Translations under genes and position numbers: made by a program | Origin: Angelakisella sp. | GTDB taxonomy: Bacteria > Bacillota > Clostridia > Oscillospirales > Ruminococcaceae | Assembly: GCA_020025195.1 (NCBI GenBank) | Contig: JAHHSN010000004.1 | Span: 21,182 to 85,181, forward strand | Length of the DNA: 64,000 nt | Reading direction: 5' to 3' | Shown here: in pieces, positions 39,434 through 49,383 of the stretch | Position numbering within the stretch: position 1 is the stretch's first letter | Layout: the number at the start of each line of letters is the position of its first letter | The notes under the pieces: model-generated | Told to the model about the DNA's origin: nothing | The model's input: only the letters and a program-made list of their open reading frames with translations | The model's database searches: none

Positions 39434-40543
39434 TTGCGCGAGGATCAGTGCTATGAGGAAATTTGCAGGGAACTGCCGGAGGCGCTCGCGGCGTTCCTCC
39501 GTTCGGCACCCCGGGAGCTTAGAGTTTCCTGCTGTGAGATTCGTCTGCGTCCCGGGAGGCCCATCAGTCTTTTTGATGGGGAAGAGTCCCGTTTCTTGGA
39601 TGAAAACGGGGCGCCCTGCCCGTGGGAGAGAGGAAGACTCCTTACCCCGGTGGAGCTTCGGGAGGCGCTGGTTTCGCTCACCGGCTTTTCGGTGCACAGC
39701 TACGCCGGGGAGATGGAGGAGGGCTACTTCACGACGCCAAAGGGGCATCGGGTCGGAATCTCCCTGGATCGCACCCAGACGGGGCTTACGCTCTTTCCGG
39801 CGGCGGTCAGCATCCGGGTAGCGAAGGAGAAAAAAGGCGCCGCGGAGCCGATTCTTCGGGTCTGGGAGGGGAAGCGGGGGCTTATCCTGGCGGGGCCGCC
39901 CTCCTCGGGCAAAACAACGGTGCTTCGTGACCTCGCGCGGCTCATTTCCTCGGGCCGTCTGACCGGAAAACCCAAAAAGACGGCGGTCATTGATGAAAGG
40001 CTGGAGATTACGGCTCTGTACCACGGCGTTTCTCCCTATGACCTCGGTCCCTGCACCGACATCATCGCCGGAAAACAGAAGCGGGAGGCAATCCTGCAGG
40101 CGGTGCGCGCCCTCTCCCCGGAATTCATCCTATGTGACGAGATTGCGTCTCCCGGGGAAATCGAGGCGATCCGCTATGCCTTCGCCTGCGGGGTGCGGTT
40201 TGTTGTTACAGTGCACAGCGGCCTTGAGGACGTTCCTAAAAATGAAATGCTGCGCCTTCTTATGGAAACCGGTTTCTTTTCCCATGTGGCGTTGCTGCAA
40301 TCCCACAAGACAGGTAAACAGATAAGGACGGTGATAGAAGATGATGACTTTTTGCAGGCTTCTGGGGGCCCTACTCCTTTTGAGCTGTACAACGGCGGGC
40401 GGGCTTTGGGCGTCGGAACGGCTGAGGAGGATGACCAATCTTTTAAGCGGAATGATCCGCTACTGGAGCGCCTTTCTGATGACGCTTCGGGAGGCGGGCC
40501 TGGAACCGTCGGAGATCGCGGTTCAACTTGGAAAAGGGTCTGA
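39434..40543 (+). CDS. spoIIIAA: stage III sporulation protein AA (ATPase); the frame continues about 64 codons past the expected end into spoIIIAB
   Basis: Walker A GPPSSGKTT, CDEI and its position as first gene of the 8-gene operon support the call. The start is TTG 39434, behind AAGGGGG. Confidence 0.85.
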   Translation: MREDQCYEEICRELPEALAAFLRSAPRELRVSCCEIRLRPGRPISLFDGEESRFLDENGAPCPWERGRLLTPVELREALVSLTGFSVHSYAGEMEEGYFTTPKGHRVGISLDRTQTGLTLFPAAVSIRVAKEKKGAAEPILRVWEGKRGLILAGPPSSGKTTVLRDLARLISSGRLTGKPKKTAVIDERLEITALYHGVSPYDLGPCTDIIAGKQKREAILQAVRALSPEFILCDEIASPGEIEAIRYAFACGVRFVVTVHSGLEDVPKNEMLRLLMETGFFSHVALLQSHKTGKQIRTVIEDDDFLQASGGPTPFELYNGGRALGVGTAEEDDQSFKRNDPLLERLSDDASGGGPGTVGDRGSTWKRV

Positions 40544-40853
40544 GTTCGGGGGATTTCCCTTTGCAGGGGAAATGGCGGAGAGAGCTGCGGAAACCCGGGA
40601 CTTTTCCCGCATTTTAAGGGGAGCGCTCCGGGCGTTCCCGGAATACGGCGGGGAGGTGGAGGAGCTTCTCCTGCCGCTTGGCGGCTCCATCGGGCGGAAC
40701 GACCTTCTTCAGCAGGTGCGGGTTTTGGAAAATGTGATAGACGCCTTGGGACGGGCACGGGACCGCTGGGAAGAAAAGCACAAAAAAGAGGGCGGGCTTT
40801 ACAGGCGCCTCGGATTTCTCGGGGGCATTGCGGCGGTCGTCATTTTATTATAA
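40341..40853 (+). CDS. spoIIIAB: stage III sporulation protein AB
   Basis: This 170-aa protein has N- and C-terminal TM helices and a helical middle. It is second in the operon. Confidence 0.85.
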   Translation: MMTFCRLLGALLLLSCTTAGGLWASERLRRMTNLLSGMIRYWSAFLMTLREAGLEPSEIAVQLGKGSEFGGFPFAGEMAERAAETRDFSRILRGALRAFPEYGGEVEELLLPLGGSIGRNDLLQQVRVLENVIDALGRARDRWEEKHKKEGGLYRRLGFLGGIAAVVILL

Positions 40854-40871
40854 AAAGCGAGGAATGGACGA

Positions 40872-41066
40872 ATGAATGTGGATTTGATCTTCCGGATCGC
40901 AGCAATCGGGATCATCGTTTCGGTGCTCTATCAGGTGCTTCTGCGTTCGGGCAGAGAGGAACAGGCGATGCTGACGTCGCTCGCGGGACTCATCGTGGTG
41001 CTTTCCATGCTCATTTATGAGATCAGCGGGTTATTCCAGACCGTAAAAGATGTATTTGGACTATGA
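40872..41066 (+). CDS. spoIIIAC: stage III sporulation protein AC
   Basis: This 64-aa protein has two TM helices, and IFRIAAIGIIVSVLYQVL is typical of the family. Confidence 0.9.
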   Translation: MNVDLIFRIAAIGIIVSVLYQVLLRSGREEQAMLTSLAGLIVVLSMLIYEISGLFQTVKDVFGL

Positions 41067-41449
41067 ATATTCTCACTCTGATTCTGCTCTGCATCGTGGC
41101 GGCGCTTCTGTCGCTTTTTCTGCGTCAGCACGCCCCCGAATACGCAGCTCTGGTTTCCCTTGGACTCAGTGTCCTGCTCCTTTTCTTTCTCATCGACGGC
41201 ATCCGCTCGGTCATCGAGACGCTGGAGGGCTTCATGAGTGCGGCGGCCTTTCGCCCCGGGCTCCTTGCCATCATCCTCAAATGCCTTGGCATCTGTATTG
41301 TGGCGGAGCTTGGCAGTCAGAGCTGCCGGGATGCGGGGGAGACTGCCATTGCGACCAAGGTGGAGCTGGCCGCTAAGGTTTCGCTCATTCTGGTCAGTTT
41401 GCCGCTCTTTCGTGAGCTTTTAGAAACGGCGGGAAGGCTTCTCAAATGA
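41063..41449 (+). CDS. spoIIIAD: stage III sporulation protein AD
   Basis: This 128-aa polytopic protein overlaps the spoIIIAC stop. It contains CIVAELGSQSCRDAGE. Confidence 0.9.
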   Translation: MNILTLILLCIVAALLSLFLRQHAPEYAALVSLGLSVLLLFFLIDGIRSVIETLEGFMSAAAFRPGLLAIILKCLGICIVAELGSQSCRDAGETAIATKVELAAKVSLILVSLPLFRELLETAGRLLK

Positions 41450-42582
41450 AAAAGACGATCCAAATGATTATTATGATCCTGCTTTCGCTTTTTCTTATGA
41501 CTCCGGCGTTTGCCGCCGAGACGATGGGACGGGAGGAGGCGGAACGTTTTCTCGCCGGGAGCGAGTGGCAGGAAATAAAAGACCTCGTTCCCGAGGAGGC
41601 GGACAAGATGGCGCGTGAGGAGGGGATGGAGGACGTCCTCGACTGGTCGACCCTCACGGCGAGCGGACTGCTGAAGCAAATCGGGCGGGTGCTCAAGGCG
41701 GAGATCGCGAGGCCTCTCAGAACCCTTTTTTCTCTCGTCGGGATCATCATTATCTCGGTGCTGCTCCAAAGCGTCAGCAGTTCCTTTACCCAGTCGGGGC
41801 TGCCGGGTATTTTCAGCATCATCGCCTCGGTATTTGTGGTGACGCTTCTTCTGGAGCCGGTTCTGGATTCGGTTCTGGGGGTGGAAAATACCATCCATGA
41901 GTTTTCGCTTTTTCTGGCCGCCTATATTCCGGCATTTTCGGGGCTTGTGACCTCTGCCGGGCAGCCCATGACGGCGGCCGCCTATAATGTGCTGCTCTTT
42001 GGGGCCTGTCAGGTGGTGGGACAGATGCTGAGAACCTTTTTTGTGCCGCTTCTCAGCTGCTATCTTTCCCTCGCCATTGTTTCGGAGGTCTCCCCGAAGA
42101 TGGGGCTTTCCCGCATGGTGGCAGGAATCAAGACCTTTATCACATGGGTCCTCGGCTTTACTATGACGGTTTTTTTCGGGATTCTTACCATCCAGTCGGT
42201 GGTGGCGTCCGGGGGAGATAACATCGCGGTCAAAACAACCAAATTCTTTATCGCCAGCTTTATTCCGGTGGTGGGAGGCTCGCTTTCCGACCTCTTTGTG
42301 GCGACGCACGGCTGTATGCAGTTCCTCAAAGGGACGGTTGGGGCGTTCGGAATTGTGGCAGCGATTTTTACCTTTCTGCCGGTGCTCCTCAAGACCACCC
42401 TCTGGTATCTCACGGTGCGTTGCGGCAGTATGATCGGCGCGATCTTCGGGGTGGAGGAACTTGAGCGGCTCTTAAAATCCATCGCCTCCGCCTATGGGGT
42501 CATCCTCGCGATCCTCATCTATTACGCGCTGCTCTTTATCATTTCGACGACGCTGCTCATCGTCGCGTTCAAAGGAGGATGA
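41446..42582 (+). CDS. spoIIIAE: stage III sporulation protein AE
   Basis: This 378-aa protein has a signal peptide and a multi-TM permease-like body. Confidence 0.9.
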   Translation: MKKTIQMIIMILLSLFLMTPAFAAETMGREEAERFLAGSEWQEIKDLVPEEADKMAREEGMEDVLDWSTLTASGLLKQIGRVLKAEIARPLRTLFSLVGIIIISVLLQSVSSSFTQSGLPGIFSIIASVFVVTLLLEPVLDSVLGVENTIHEFSLFLAAYIPAFSGLVTSAGQPMTAAAYNVLLFGACQVVGQMLRTFFVPLLSCYLSLAIVSEVSPKMGLSRMVAGIKTFITWVLGFTMTVFFGILTIQSVVASGGDNIAVKTTKFFIASFIPVVGGSLSDLFVATHGCMQFLKGTVGAFGIVAAIFTFLPVLLKTTLWYLTVRCGSMIGAIFGVEELERLLKSIASAYGVILAILIYYALLFIISTTLLIVAFKGG

Positions 42583-43061
42583 ACGTCTTGGATGGTGTTA
42601 AGTCATGGTGCTTTACAGTAGCGGCGGGGGTCATTTTCTGCGGTATTGTCATGATCCTCTCGCCATCGGAGCGCTACCGAAAGCCGATGCAGATGGTGCT
42701 GGCGCTCTTTCTCCTCACCTGCATTTTTTCGCTTTCTCAGATTTCCCCCGTTGACTTTTCCCCCCATACCGGGGAGGCGGAGGCACGGCGGGAGGCGTCC
42801 TCCCAGAAGGTGACCCGCTATTTTCTCGACCGGGTCACCGAGAAGTCGGAAACTTCCATCCGGGAGGCGGTGGAGGATTACTGCCGGGAGATCGGCATAA
42901 ATCCGGGGCCCATCGAAATATACATAGAGACAGAGGAGGATCGGGACGGGGCTTATGTTCCCTCGGTGCGGATCGTTCTCCCCGAGGAATATGAACCATA
43001 CCGAGAGGCGTTTTATAAGGCGCTTTCTTATAAGCTCGGAATTGATGTAAGGATAGGGTAA
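42579..43061 (+). CDS. spoIIIAF: stage III sporulation protein AF
   Basis: This 160-aa protein has two N-terminal TM helices. The call rests partly on operon position. Confidence 0.8.
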   Translation: MNVLDGVKSWCFTVAAGVIFCGIVMILSPSERYRKPMQMVLALFLLTCIFSLSQISPVDFSPHTGEAEARREASSQKVTRYFLDRVTEKSETSIREAVEDYCREIGINPGPIEIYIETEEDRDGAYVPSVRIVLPEEYEPYREAFYKALSYKLGIDVRIG

Positions 43062-43066
43062 CGGAG

Positions 43067-43660
43067 ATGAAAGAAACAGAAAAGAAGGAAAAGGGGAAAG
43101 GCGGGTTCCTAAAGGAGAAGCCGAAGCTGGTGACACTGCTTCTTGCCGCGGGGCTCATTGGGATTTTTCTCCTGGGCGTGGCGCCCATGCTTTCCGGGCG
43201 AGAGACGCACAAGGAGGGAGAGCAAAAGCAAGCGGAGACACCGACCGCCGACTGTTACGCGAGGGATCTGGAGGAGCGGCTGGAAGACGTGCTCCGGCAG
43301 ATTGACGGCGTGGGGGAGGTGGAGGTGCTGGTGACCCTGCGGCAGGGCTATTCCTACTGCTACGCTGTCACCGAAAAGGAGAATCGTGACTGCTCGGAGG
43401 ACGTCAAGAACGACCTGGAGCGGCGCTCCTCGGAAAAGCGCACCACCGAGCAGAGCTATGTTCTGGTGGACGGCAAAAACGGATCCGAGCCGCTGGTGAC
43501 AGCTACGGGAGAGCCGGAGGTACGGGGCGTCGTGGTGGTCTGCTCCGGGGGCGGGGACCCGCGTGTCGTTTCGGAGGTGACCGATACGGTGCGGGTCGCT
43601 TTGGAAATTTCCTCCGCCAAAATCAGTGTCTCCCAAAAGAGCAGAATCCCATCCGAATAA
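43067..43660 (+). CDS. spoIIIAG: stage III sporulation protein AG
   Basis: This 197-aa protein has one TM helix. The ring-building motif region reads GVGEVEVLVTL...VRGVVVVC. Confidence 0.85.
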   Translation: MKETEKKEKGKGGFLKEKPKLVTLLLAAGLIGIFLLGVAPMLSGRETHKEGEQKQAETPTADCYARDLEERLEDVLRQIDGVGEVEVLVTLRQGYSYCYAVTEKENRDCSEDVKNDLERRSSEKRTTEQSYVLVDGKNGSEPLVTATGEPEVRGVVVVCSGGGDPRVVSEVTDTVRVALEISSAKISVSQKSRIPSE

Positions 43661-43697
43661 ATTAACCAAGACAGAAGATAAGGAGCGTGTTTTCAAG

Positions 43698-44234
43698 ATG
43701 AAGCTATCCATTCGAAAAGGCCATGTGGTGCTGGCGGCTCTGGTGGTCGCGCTCGGCGTTGCCGTATACCTCAACTGGAACTATACCGAATCCGGCGGCT
43801 TTGTGGAGCCGGTAAACGGTACCAGCAAGGAGACCGAGCAGAACGAAAAGGACCCCGGAAAAGCGGAGGAAACCGCCAATTACGGGGACGCCTATTTTGT
43901 TGAGGCACGGCTTTCCCGTACCCAGTCCCGGGATGAGGCGATGGACGCCGTCAAATATATGCTGGAGGACGCGAAGCTGGACGAAAAGACCATGCTCAAG
44001 CTCACCAATCAGGCGACCGCCCTCGCGCTTAGAATAGAGAAAGAGGGCAAGATCGAAAATATCCTCAAGGCAAAGGGCTTTTCCGAGTGCATGGTCTATC
44101 TGGATGAACAGAAAGCCGACGTCATAGTAAAGAGCGACGGACTTACCGACAGCGAGGCGGCGCAGGTCATGGACGCGGTGCTTTCTGAGGCCAAAATCCC
44201 ACACCAGAATATTTCCATCATTGAAATAAAGTAG
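43698..44234 (+). CDS. spoIIIAH: stage III sporulation protein AH
   Basis: ATG 43698 follows AAGGAG. There is one TM helix and a YscJ/FliF-like C-terminal domain. It is last in the operon. Confidence 0.8.
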   Translation: MKLSIRKGHVVLAALVVALGVAVYLNWNYTESGGFVEPVNGTSKETEQNEKDPGKAEETANYGDAYFVEARLSRTQSRDEAMDAVKYMLEDAKLDEKTMLKLTNQATALALRIEKEGKIENILKAKGFSECMVYLDEQKADVIVKSDGLTDSEAAQVMDAVLSEAKIPHQNISIIEIK

Positions 44235-44262
44235 TTGTCTATTTCTAAAAGTATGGTATAAT
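44235..44262 (+). promoter_or_regulatory. sigma-A promoter (extended -10) upstream of asp23-nusB
   Basis: TTGTCT, a 16-nt spacer, then TGgTATAAT. Confidence 0.5.
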
Positions 44263-44423
44263 ATTGGCATATGGGCCGGTGTGGTTTTTTCCATCCGTTT
44301 GGCTCATCCGGCATTTGTTCTCATGAGAACCGCCTGCCGTTCCCGCCTTTTGAGAGAGCGGGGAGAGGAACCGGCGGCAGAACAAGGCCGCTCAGTTAAA
44401 TGATCTTTTGGAGGTGCAAACGA

Positions 44424-44783
44424 ATGGATTATGAGAATGCTTCCGGCAGCCTCAAGATTTCCACTGACGTCGTCGCTTCGATCGCGGAGTACGCCGTAAA
44501 GGAGATTGAAGGCGTTGCCTGCCTTGCGCCTATCGTTTCCAATATCGGCGGCTGGCTTCTGGAGAAGCAGACCATCCGTCCGATCTCGATCCAGATGAAT
44601 GATGGATTGGTTACGATCGACATTCGGCTGTTGGTGGAACCCAATGCCAAGATCCCCGCCCTCAGCAGAAAGCTGCAGGAGGCGGTCAAGGAAGCCGTTC
44701 AGAATATGACCGGCATCGTGGTGTCCCAAGTGAACCTTTACATTGCAGGCGTGGCGGTTTCTCCTGCCAAGGCAGCGGAATAA
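44424..44783 (+). CDS. Asp23/Gls24-family envelope stress protein
   Basis: ISTDVVASIAEYAVKEIEGV and VNLYIAGV are present. The gene sits before nusB, as yqhY does in Bacillus. Confidence 0.8.
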   Translation: MDYENASGSLKISTDVVASIAEYAVKEIEGVACLAPIVSNIGGWLLEKQTIRPISIQMNDGLVTIDIRLLVEPNAKIPALSRKLQEAVKEAVQNMTGIVVSQVNLYIAGVAVSPAKAAE

Positions 44784-44871
44784 AAGGACCTTTCAGTCAA
44801 ACACCACCCTCCTAATATTTTTTAGGAGGGTCGTTTTTTAAGAGAATTTTTTAGAGTGAGGGAAAAGTAAA

Positions 44872-45288
44872 ATGACTCGACGTGAAGCGCGTGAACAGGC
44901 TCTGTCCATGATCTTTGAGATGAACTTTAATGATAATTCCGTGGAGGAGATGGTGGAAAACGCCACTCTTTACCGGGAGGAGACAACCGATCCCTACGCG
45001 GTTTCGATTGCGGAGCAGGTGCGGCTTCACACCGAGGAGCTTCTGGAGGAGATCGCCCGCCACAGCGCCAAGTGGAAGGTGAACCGTCTTCCCAAGATGA
45101 CTCTTTCCATTCTGGAACTTGCGATGGCAGAGATTTCCTATCTTGAGGACGCCCCGGTCAGCGCCGTCATCAATGAGGCGGTGGAGATCGCCAAGAAGTT
45201 TGCCGGTGAGGAGGACGCCTCCTATATTAACGGCGTGCTGGGCGGCTTCGCCCGCGCCCGCAGTGCGGAAAAACCCCAGGAATCTTAA
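44872..45288 (+). CDS. nusB: transcription antitermination factor NusB
   Basis: MTRREAREQALSMIFEM and INGVLG are present. Confidence 0.9.
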   Translation: MTRREAREQALSMIFEMNFNDNSVEEMVENATLYREETTDPYAVSIAEQVRLHTEELLEEIARHSAKWKVNRLPKMTLSILELAMAEISYLEDAPVSAVINEAVEIAKKFAGEEDASYINGVLGGFARARSAEKPQES

Positions 45289-45353
45289 TAAACGGAGAGC
45301 GCCGGTCACACGGTGCTCTTAATTTATTATGGGGGAGGAAAGGAAGGAACCCC

Positions 45354-46583
45354 ATGCAGCCATCCATTATCAAGGTTTCCCAGCTCAACCGCTATGTCAA
45401 GGCGATGCTGGACGAAAATAAGCTCCTGACGGACATCATGGTGAAGGGGGAGCTTTCCTCTGTGAGCTTTCGCTCGCAGGCGGGGCATTACTATTTCACG
45501 CTGGAGGAGGGCGGCGCGCTGCTTTCCTGCGTGATGTTTGCCCGCTATGCCGAAAAACTACGCTCCTTTCCGGAGGAGGGAAGCCTTGTGGTCCTCAGGG
45601 GCACGGTCTCCCTTTATGAACGGGAGGGGCGCTTTCAGCTTGTCGCCTATGACGTCCAGACCATCGGGCAGGGAAAGGGTTCGGAGGATCTCGCCGCATT
45701 AAGGAGCCGGCTCCTCGCGGAAGGGCTCTTTGACCCCGAAAGGAAAAAACCGCTCCCCCCATTTCCCCGGGCGGTTGCCGTCATCACCTCCGGAGAGGGA
45801 GCGGCGCTCTGGGACATCGTCACCGCGATGGAACGCCATAACCGCGGGGTTCCGCTTATCATTTATCCCGCGACGGTGCAGGGAACAGGGGCGGTGGAAA
45901 GCCTTCTCGCGTCGCTTCAAGCGGCGCTTTCAGAGGGGCGCGCCGACCTCATCATTATGGGACGGGGCGGCGGCGCTTCGGAATCCCTCGCGGTCTTTAA
46001 TGACGAGCGGCTTCTTCGCGCCGTGGCGGCGTCTTCCGTTCCGGTCATTTCCGCGGTCGGCCATGATGTAGATTACACCCTCCTTGACGAGGCGGCAGAC
46101 GCCCGTGCGGCGACTCCCACCGCGGCGGCGGCACTCTGCGGCCGCTCCCGTGCGGAGCTTTTGTCCGAGGTGGAGCTTCTTTCCCGGCGGCTCTATAATT
46201 ATACAGAAAATCGGATTTTTGAGACTTCCCGGGAATTTTCCCGCCTGGAGCGAATATTGCAGCTCAAATCCCCCGAGAATTCTCTCAGGAGAAATGGACA
46301 GCGCCTTTCATATCTGGTAAAATTGATGCAGGAAAGCATGGAGCACCGTCTCTGGAAGGAGACCCATCAGTGCATAAATATAGAAGGAAGGCTCTCTCTT
46401 TTAAGCCCCGAGGCGCCGCTTATGCGCGGCTACTCGATTTCCGCGCGTCCAGAGGGACAACCCCTTCGCTCGGTGCGGGAGATTTCGGTCGGAGAGATGC
46501 TTGTCACCCGCCTTGCCGACGGAGAGCTTCTGTCGGAGGTGCGGGTCATAAAGCCAAAGGAGGGCAGCAGAAATGGACAATAA
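45354..46583 (+). CDS. xseA: exodeoxyribonuclease VII large subunit
   Basis: The N-terminal OB fold ([13 protein letters not shown]), GRGGGS and [11 protein letters not shown] are present. Confidence 0.93.
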   Translation: MQPSIIKVSQLNRYVKAMLDENKLLTDIMVKGELSSVSFRSQAGHYYFTLEEGGALLSCVMFARYAEKLRSFPEEGSLVVLRGTVSLYEREGRFQLVAYDVQTIGQGKGSEDLAALRSRLLAEGLFDPERKKPLPPFPRAVAVITSGEGAALWDIVTAMERHNRGVPLIIYPATVQGTGAVESLLASLQAALSEGRADLIIMGRGGGASESLAVFNDERLLRAVAASSVPVISAVGHDVDYTLLDEAADARAATPTAAAALCGRSRAELLSEVELLSRRLYNYTENRIFETSREFSRLERILQLKSPENSLRRNGQRLSYLVKLMQESMEHRLWKETHQCINIEGRLSLLSPEAPLMRGYSISARPEGQPLRSVREISVGEMLVTRLADGELLSEVRVIKPKEGSRNGQ

Positions 46584-46779
46584 AACGCTGGAGCAGAATC
46601 TGAAACGTTTGGAGGAGATCGTTGATTCCCTGGAAAACGGTTCGCTTTCTCTGGAGGACTCCATTGCCCTCTACACCGAGGGCGTGGGACTTTCCGCCGA
46701 CTGCAAGGAACAGCTCAGTAGGGCGGAGCAGGTGGTGGAGAAGGGGAAAAAAGCTCTTTTCCCCGATCAATTTGATTAA
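46573..46779 (+). CDS. xseB: exodeoxyribonuclease VII small subunit
   Basis: This 68-aa protein contains [29 protein letters not shown]. Confidence 0.9.
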   Translation: MDNKTLEQNLKRLEEIVDSLENGSLSLEDSIALYTEGVGLSADCKEQLSRAEQVVEKGKKALFPDQFD

Positions 46780-46791
46780 GGAGATTCCCCT

Positions 46792-47679
46792 ATGGAATGG
46801 AAAGAAAAGTTTGATTCCTACCGTGTGATGCTGGAGGAGGCGCTGCCGCATTTTCTTCCTGCGGCCGAAGGACCGCAGAAGCGGGTGGCAGAGGCGATGG
46901 CGTACAGCCTCCTCTCCGGCGGCAAGCGGATCCGCGGCGTCCTTCTTCTGGCCATGTGCGATCAGTGCGGAGGGGACCTGAGAGGCGCTCTGCCCTTCGC
47001 AGCAGCGGTCGAGATGGTGCACGCCTATTCCCTCATTCACGACGACCTGCCCTGCATGGACGACGATGACCTGCGGAGGGGAAAGCCCTCCTGCCATATC
47101 GCCTTTGACGAGGCAACGGCCCTTCTCGCGGGGGACGCCCTCCTTACCCATGCCTTTGACGTGATGGTGGAAAGCTACTATGACGGTGCCCTTCCTGCGG
47201 AGGTCTCCCTCCGGGCAGTGCACGCTCTTTCCGAAGCGGCGGGAGTCGGCGGGATGATCGGCGGTCAGCAGATCGACGTTGAGGAGGCGGGAAAGCCCAT
47301 GGAGGCGGCGCTTCTCGAAACGGTGCACAGCCTCAAGACCGGGCGGCTCATCCGTGCGGCGGCAAAGATCGGCTGTATCGCGGCGGGCGCTTCGGATGAC
47401 GTCATCCTGCAGGCGGACCGTTATGCCGAAAAGATCGGGCTCGCATTCCAGATCGTGGACGATATTCTGGACGCCACCAGAACAAGCGAGGAACTGGGGA
47501 AAAGCTCCAGCGACCTTGAAAATAATAAAACGACCTATATTACCCTCTATGGGGAGGAAGCGGCACGGGAAAAGGTACAGCAGCTTGTTCTGGAAGCCGA
47601 CCTTGCCATCAAGGGGAATGTGCTCGACTGCGATTTCCTCTATCAGTTCGCAGATGAGCTTGCAAAACGGAATCAGTAA
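46792..47679 (+). CDS. ispA: (2E,6E)-farnesyl/geranyl diphosphate synthase (polyprenyl synthetase)
   Basis: Asp-rich motifs IHDDLPCMDDDDLRRG and IVDDILD are present. Confidence 0.9.
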   Translation: MEWKEKFDSYRVMLEEALPHFLPAAEGPQKRVAEAMAYSLLSGGKRIRGVLLLAMCDQCGGDLRGALPFAAAVEMVHAYSLIHDDLPCMDDDDLRRGKPSCHIAFDEATALLAGDALLTHAFDVMVESYYDGALPAEVSLRAVHALSEAAGVGGMIGGQQIDVEEAGKPMEAALLETVHSLKTGRLIRAAAKIGCIAAGASDDVILQADRYAEKIGLAFQIVDDILDATRTSEELGKSSSDLENNKTTYITLYGEEAAREKVQQLVLEADLAIKGNVLDCDFLYQFADELAKRNQ

Positions 47680-47694
47680 GGAGTAATTTATATT

Positions 47695-48513
47695 ATGACG
47701 GAGAAAAAACGTCTGGATGCGGCGTTGGTGGATCGGGGAATTGTCTCTGGAAGGGACAAAGCCAAGGGCATCATTATGGCGGGGATTGTCTATGTCAATA
47801 ACCAAAAAGCGGATAAGCCCGGCATGAACGTGACCGAAGCCGACGACATAGAAGTAAGGGGGGAGACACTCCCCTATGTGAGCCGCGGCGGTTTAAAGCT
47901 CGAAAAGGCGATGCGGGAGTTTCCCATCACCCTGACGGACGCGGTCTGCGCCGACATCGGCGCTTCCACCGGCGGCTTTACCGACTGCATGCTGCAGAAC
48001 GGCGCCCAAAAGGTCTATGCCGTCGACGTCGGCTACGGACAGCTTGCCTGGAAGCTCCGCTCGGATCCCCGGGTCATCAATCTGGAGCGCACCAACATCC
48101 GCTATGTGACGGAGGAGCAGATCCCGGAACCCATTGACTTTGCCTCGGTGGACGTCTCCTTTATTTCGCTGAAGCTCGTTCTGCCGGTGCTGTTTCGCTT
48201 GCTCCGTGAGGGCGGCGAGGCGGTCTGCCTCATCAAGCCGCAGTTTGAGGCGGGGAGAGAGCTGGTCGGCAAAAAAGGCGTTGTGAGGGAAAAAAGCACC
48301 CACATTATGGTGGTGGAGAACGCACTCGGATATGCAAAGGAAAACGGCTTTACGCCCATTGGACTTTCGTTTTCGCCCATTCGCGGCCCGGAGGGCAACA
48401 TTGAATATCTGATGCACCTCAGAAAAGGGGAGCCGGAGCTTCTCACCATTCTTCCGGAGGCGGCGACCATCGTGGAGGCCTCCCATGAGGAACTGGAGCC
48501 CCGCAAATCTTAA
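47695..48513 (+). CDS. tlyA: TlyA-family rRNA 2'-O-methyltransferase
   Basis: An S4 domain (RLDAALVDRG) and an FtsJ-type SAM fold (DIGASTGGFTDC) are present. Confidence 0.9.
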   Translation: MTEKKRLDAALVDRGIVSGRDKAKGIIMAGIVYVNNQKADKPGMNVTEADDIEVRGETLPYVSRGGLKLEKAMREFPITLTDAVCADIGASTGGFTDCMLQNGAQKVYAVDVGYGQLAWKLRSDPRVINLERTNIRYVTEEQIPEPIDFASVDVSFISLKLVLPVLFRLLREGGEAVCLIKPQFEAGRELVGKKGVVREKSTHIMVVENALGYAKENGFTPIGLSFSPIRGPEGNIEYLMHLRKGEPELLTILPEAATIVEASHEELEPRKS

Positions 48514-48521
48514 AGGAAGGC

Positions 48522-49379
48522 TTGGTGAACGCTTTGAATTTCTATGTCATCCCCAATTTTTCAAGATCGAATACTCTCGATGTTCTGGGCGAGGTCATCC
48601 GTTATCTGCACGGTAAGGGCTGCGGCGTCCTCCTTTCGCAGGAGAAGCGGTCCCATCTTCCTTCCGAAATCGAACCGATGACCACGGCCGGGGATTGCAG
48701 TGAAGCAGACTTTATCCTTTGCATCGGCGGTGACGGCACCATCATCGACGGTGCGCATGAGTCTGCCGCCTACGGCATCCCGGTTCTGGGAGTCAATTCC
48801 GGCCACCTGGGCTTTCTGGCGCAGGTGGAACCGGAGCGGGCACTTTCGGCACTGGACCGCGTCCTTCGGGAGGATTACGCGGTGGAGGAACGCTTTGGGC
48901 TTTCGCTTCGCATCCTCTATGAAAACCGGGAGGCGGTGGAATATCCCTTCGCCCTCAATGACATCGTGCTCACCAAGCCCACCAATACCAACATCATCGA
49001 CCTTCATCTCCTGTGCGACGGCAAGGAGATGAACCACTATATGGCGGACGGCCTCATTTTTTCCACCCCGACCGGTTCCACCGCCTATTCTCTTTCCGCG
49101 GGTGGCCCCATCATCGACCCGCTCATCAAGACCATCAGCATCGTGCCCATCTGTCCGCACAGCATTTCGGTGCGTCCCACCGTCATTTCCGCGGCGCACC
49201 GCCTCGCCATTGAGAGCAGGCGGGAGATGGTCGTCATTCTGGACGGCAGAACGCGCGTTACCGTTCCGGCGGGCACGGTTATTCAGGTGGCGCGCTCCAA
49301 GCGTATTTCCACATTTATCACCTTCGGAGAGCTGGAATTCTTCGAGATCCTTTCCAAAAAGATGATGCAGAGGGGGTAA
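48522..49379 (+). CDS. nadK: NAD kinase
   Basis: GGDGT, NSGHLGFL and STPTGSTAYSLSAGGPI are present. Confidence 0.93.
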   Translation: MVNALNFYVIPNFSRSNTLDVLGEVIRYLHGKGCGVLLSQEKRSHLPSEIEPMTTAGDCSEADFILCIGGDGTIIDGAHESAAYGIPVLGVNSGHLGFLAQVEPERALSALDRVLREDYAVEERFGLSLRILYENREAVEYPFALNDIVLTKPTNTNIIDLHLLCDGKEMNHYMADGLIFSTPTGSTAYSLSAGGPIIDPLIKTISIVPICPHSISVRPTVISAAHRLAIESRREMVVILDGRTRVTVPAGTVIQVARSKRISTFITFGELEFFEILSKKMMQRG

Positions 49380-49383
49380 TTTT

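Noticed and set aside
47680-47694. Possible OLE RNA / oapA / dxs between ispA and tlyA, as in Bacillus halodurans-type operons.
   Set aside because: Only 15 nt separate ispA and tlyA here, which leaves no room for an RNA gene.
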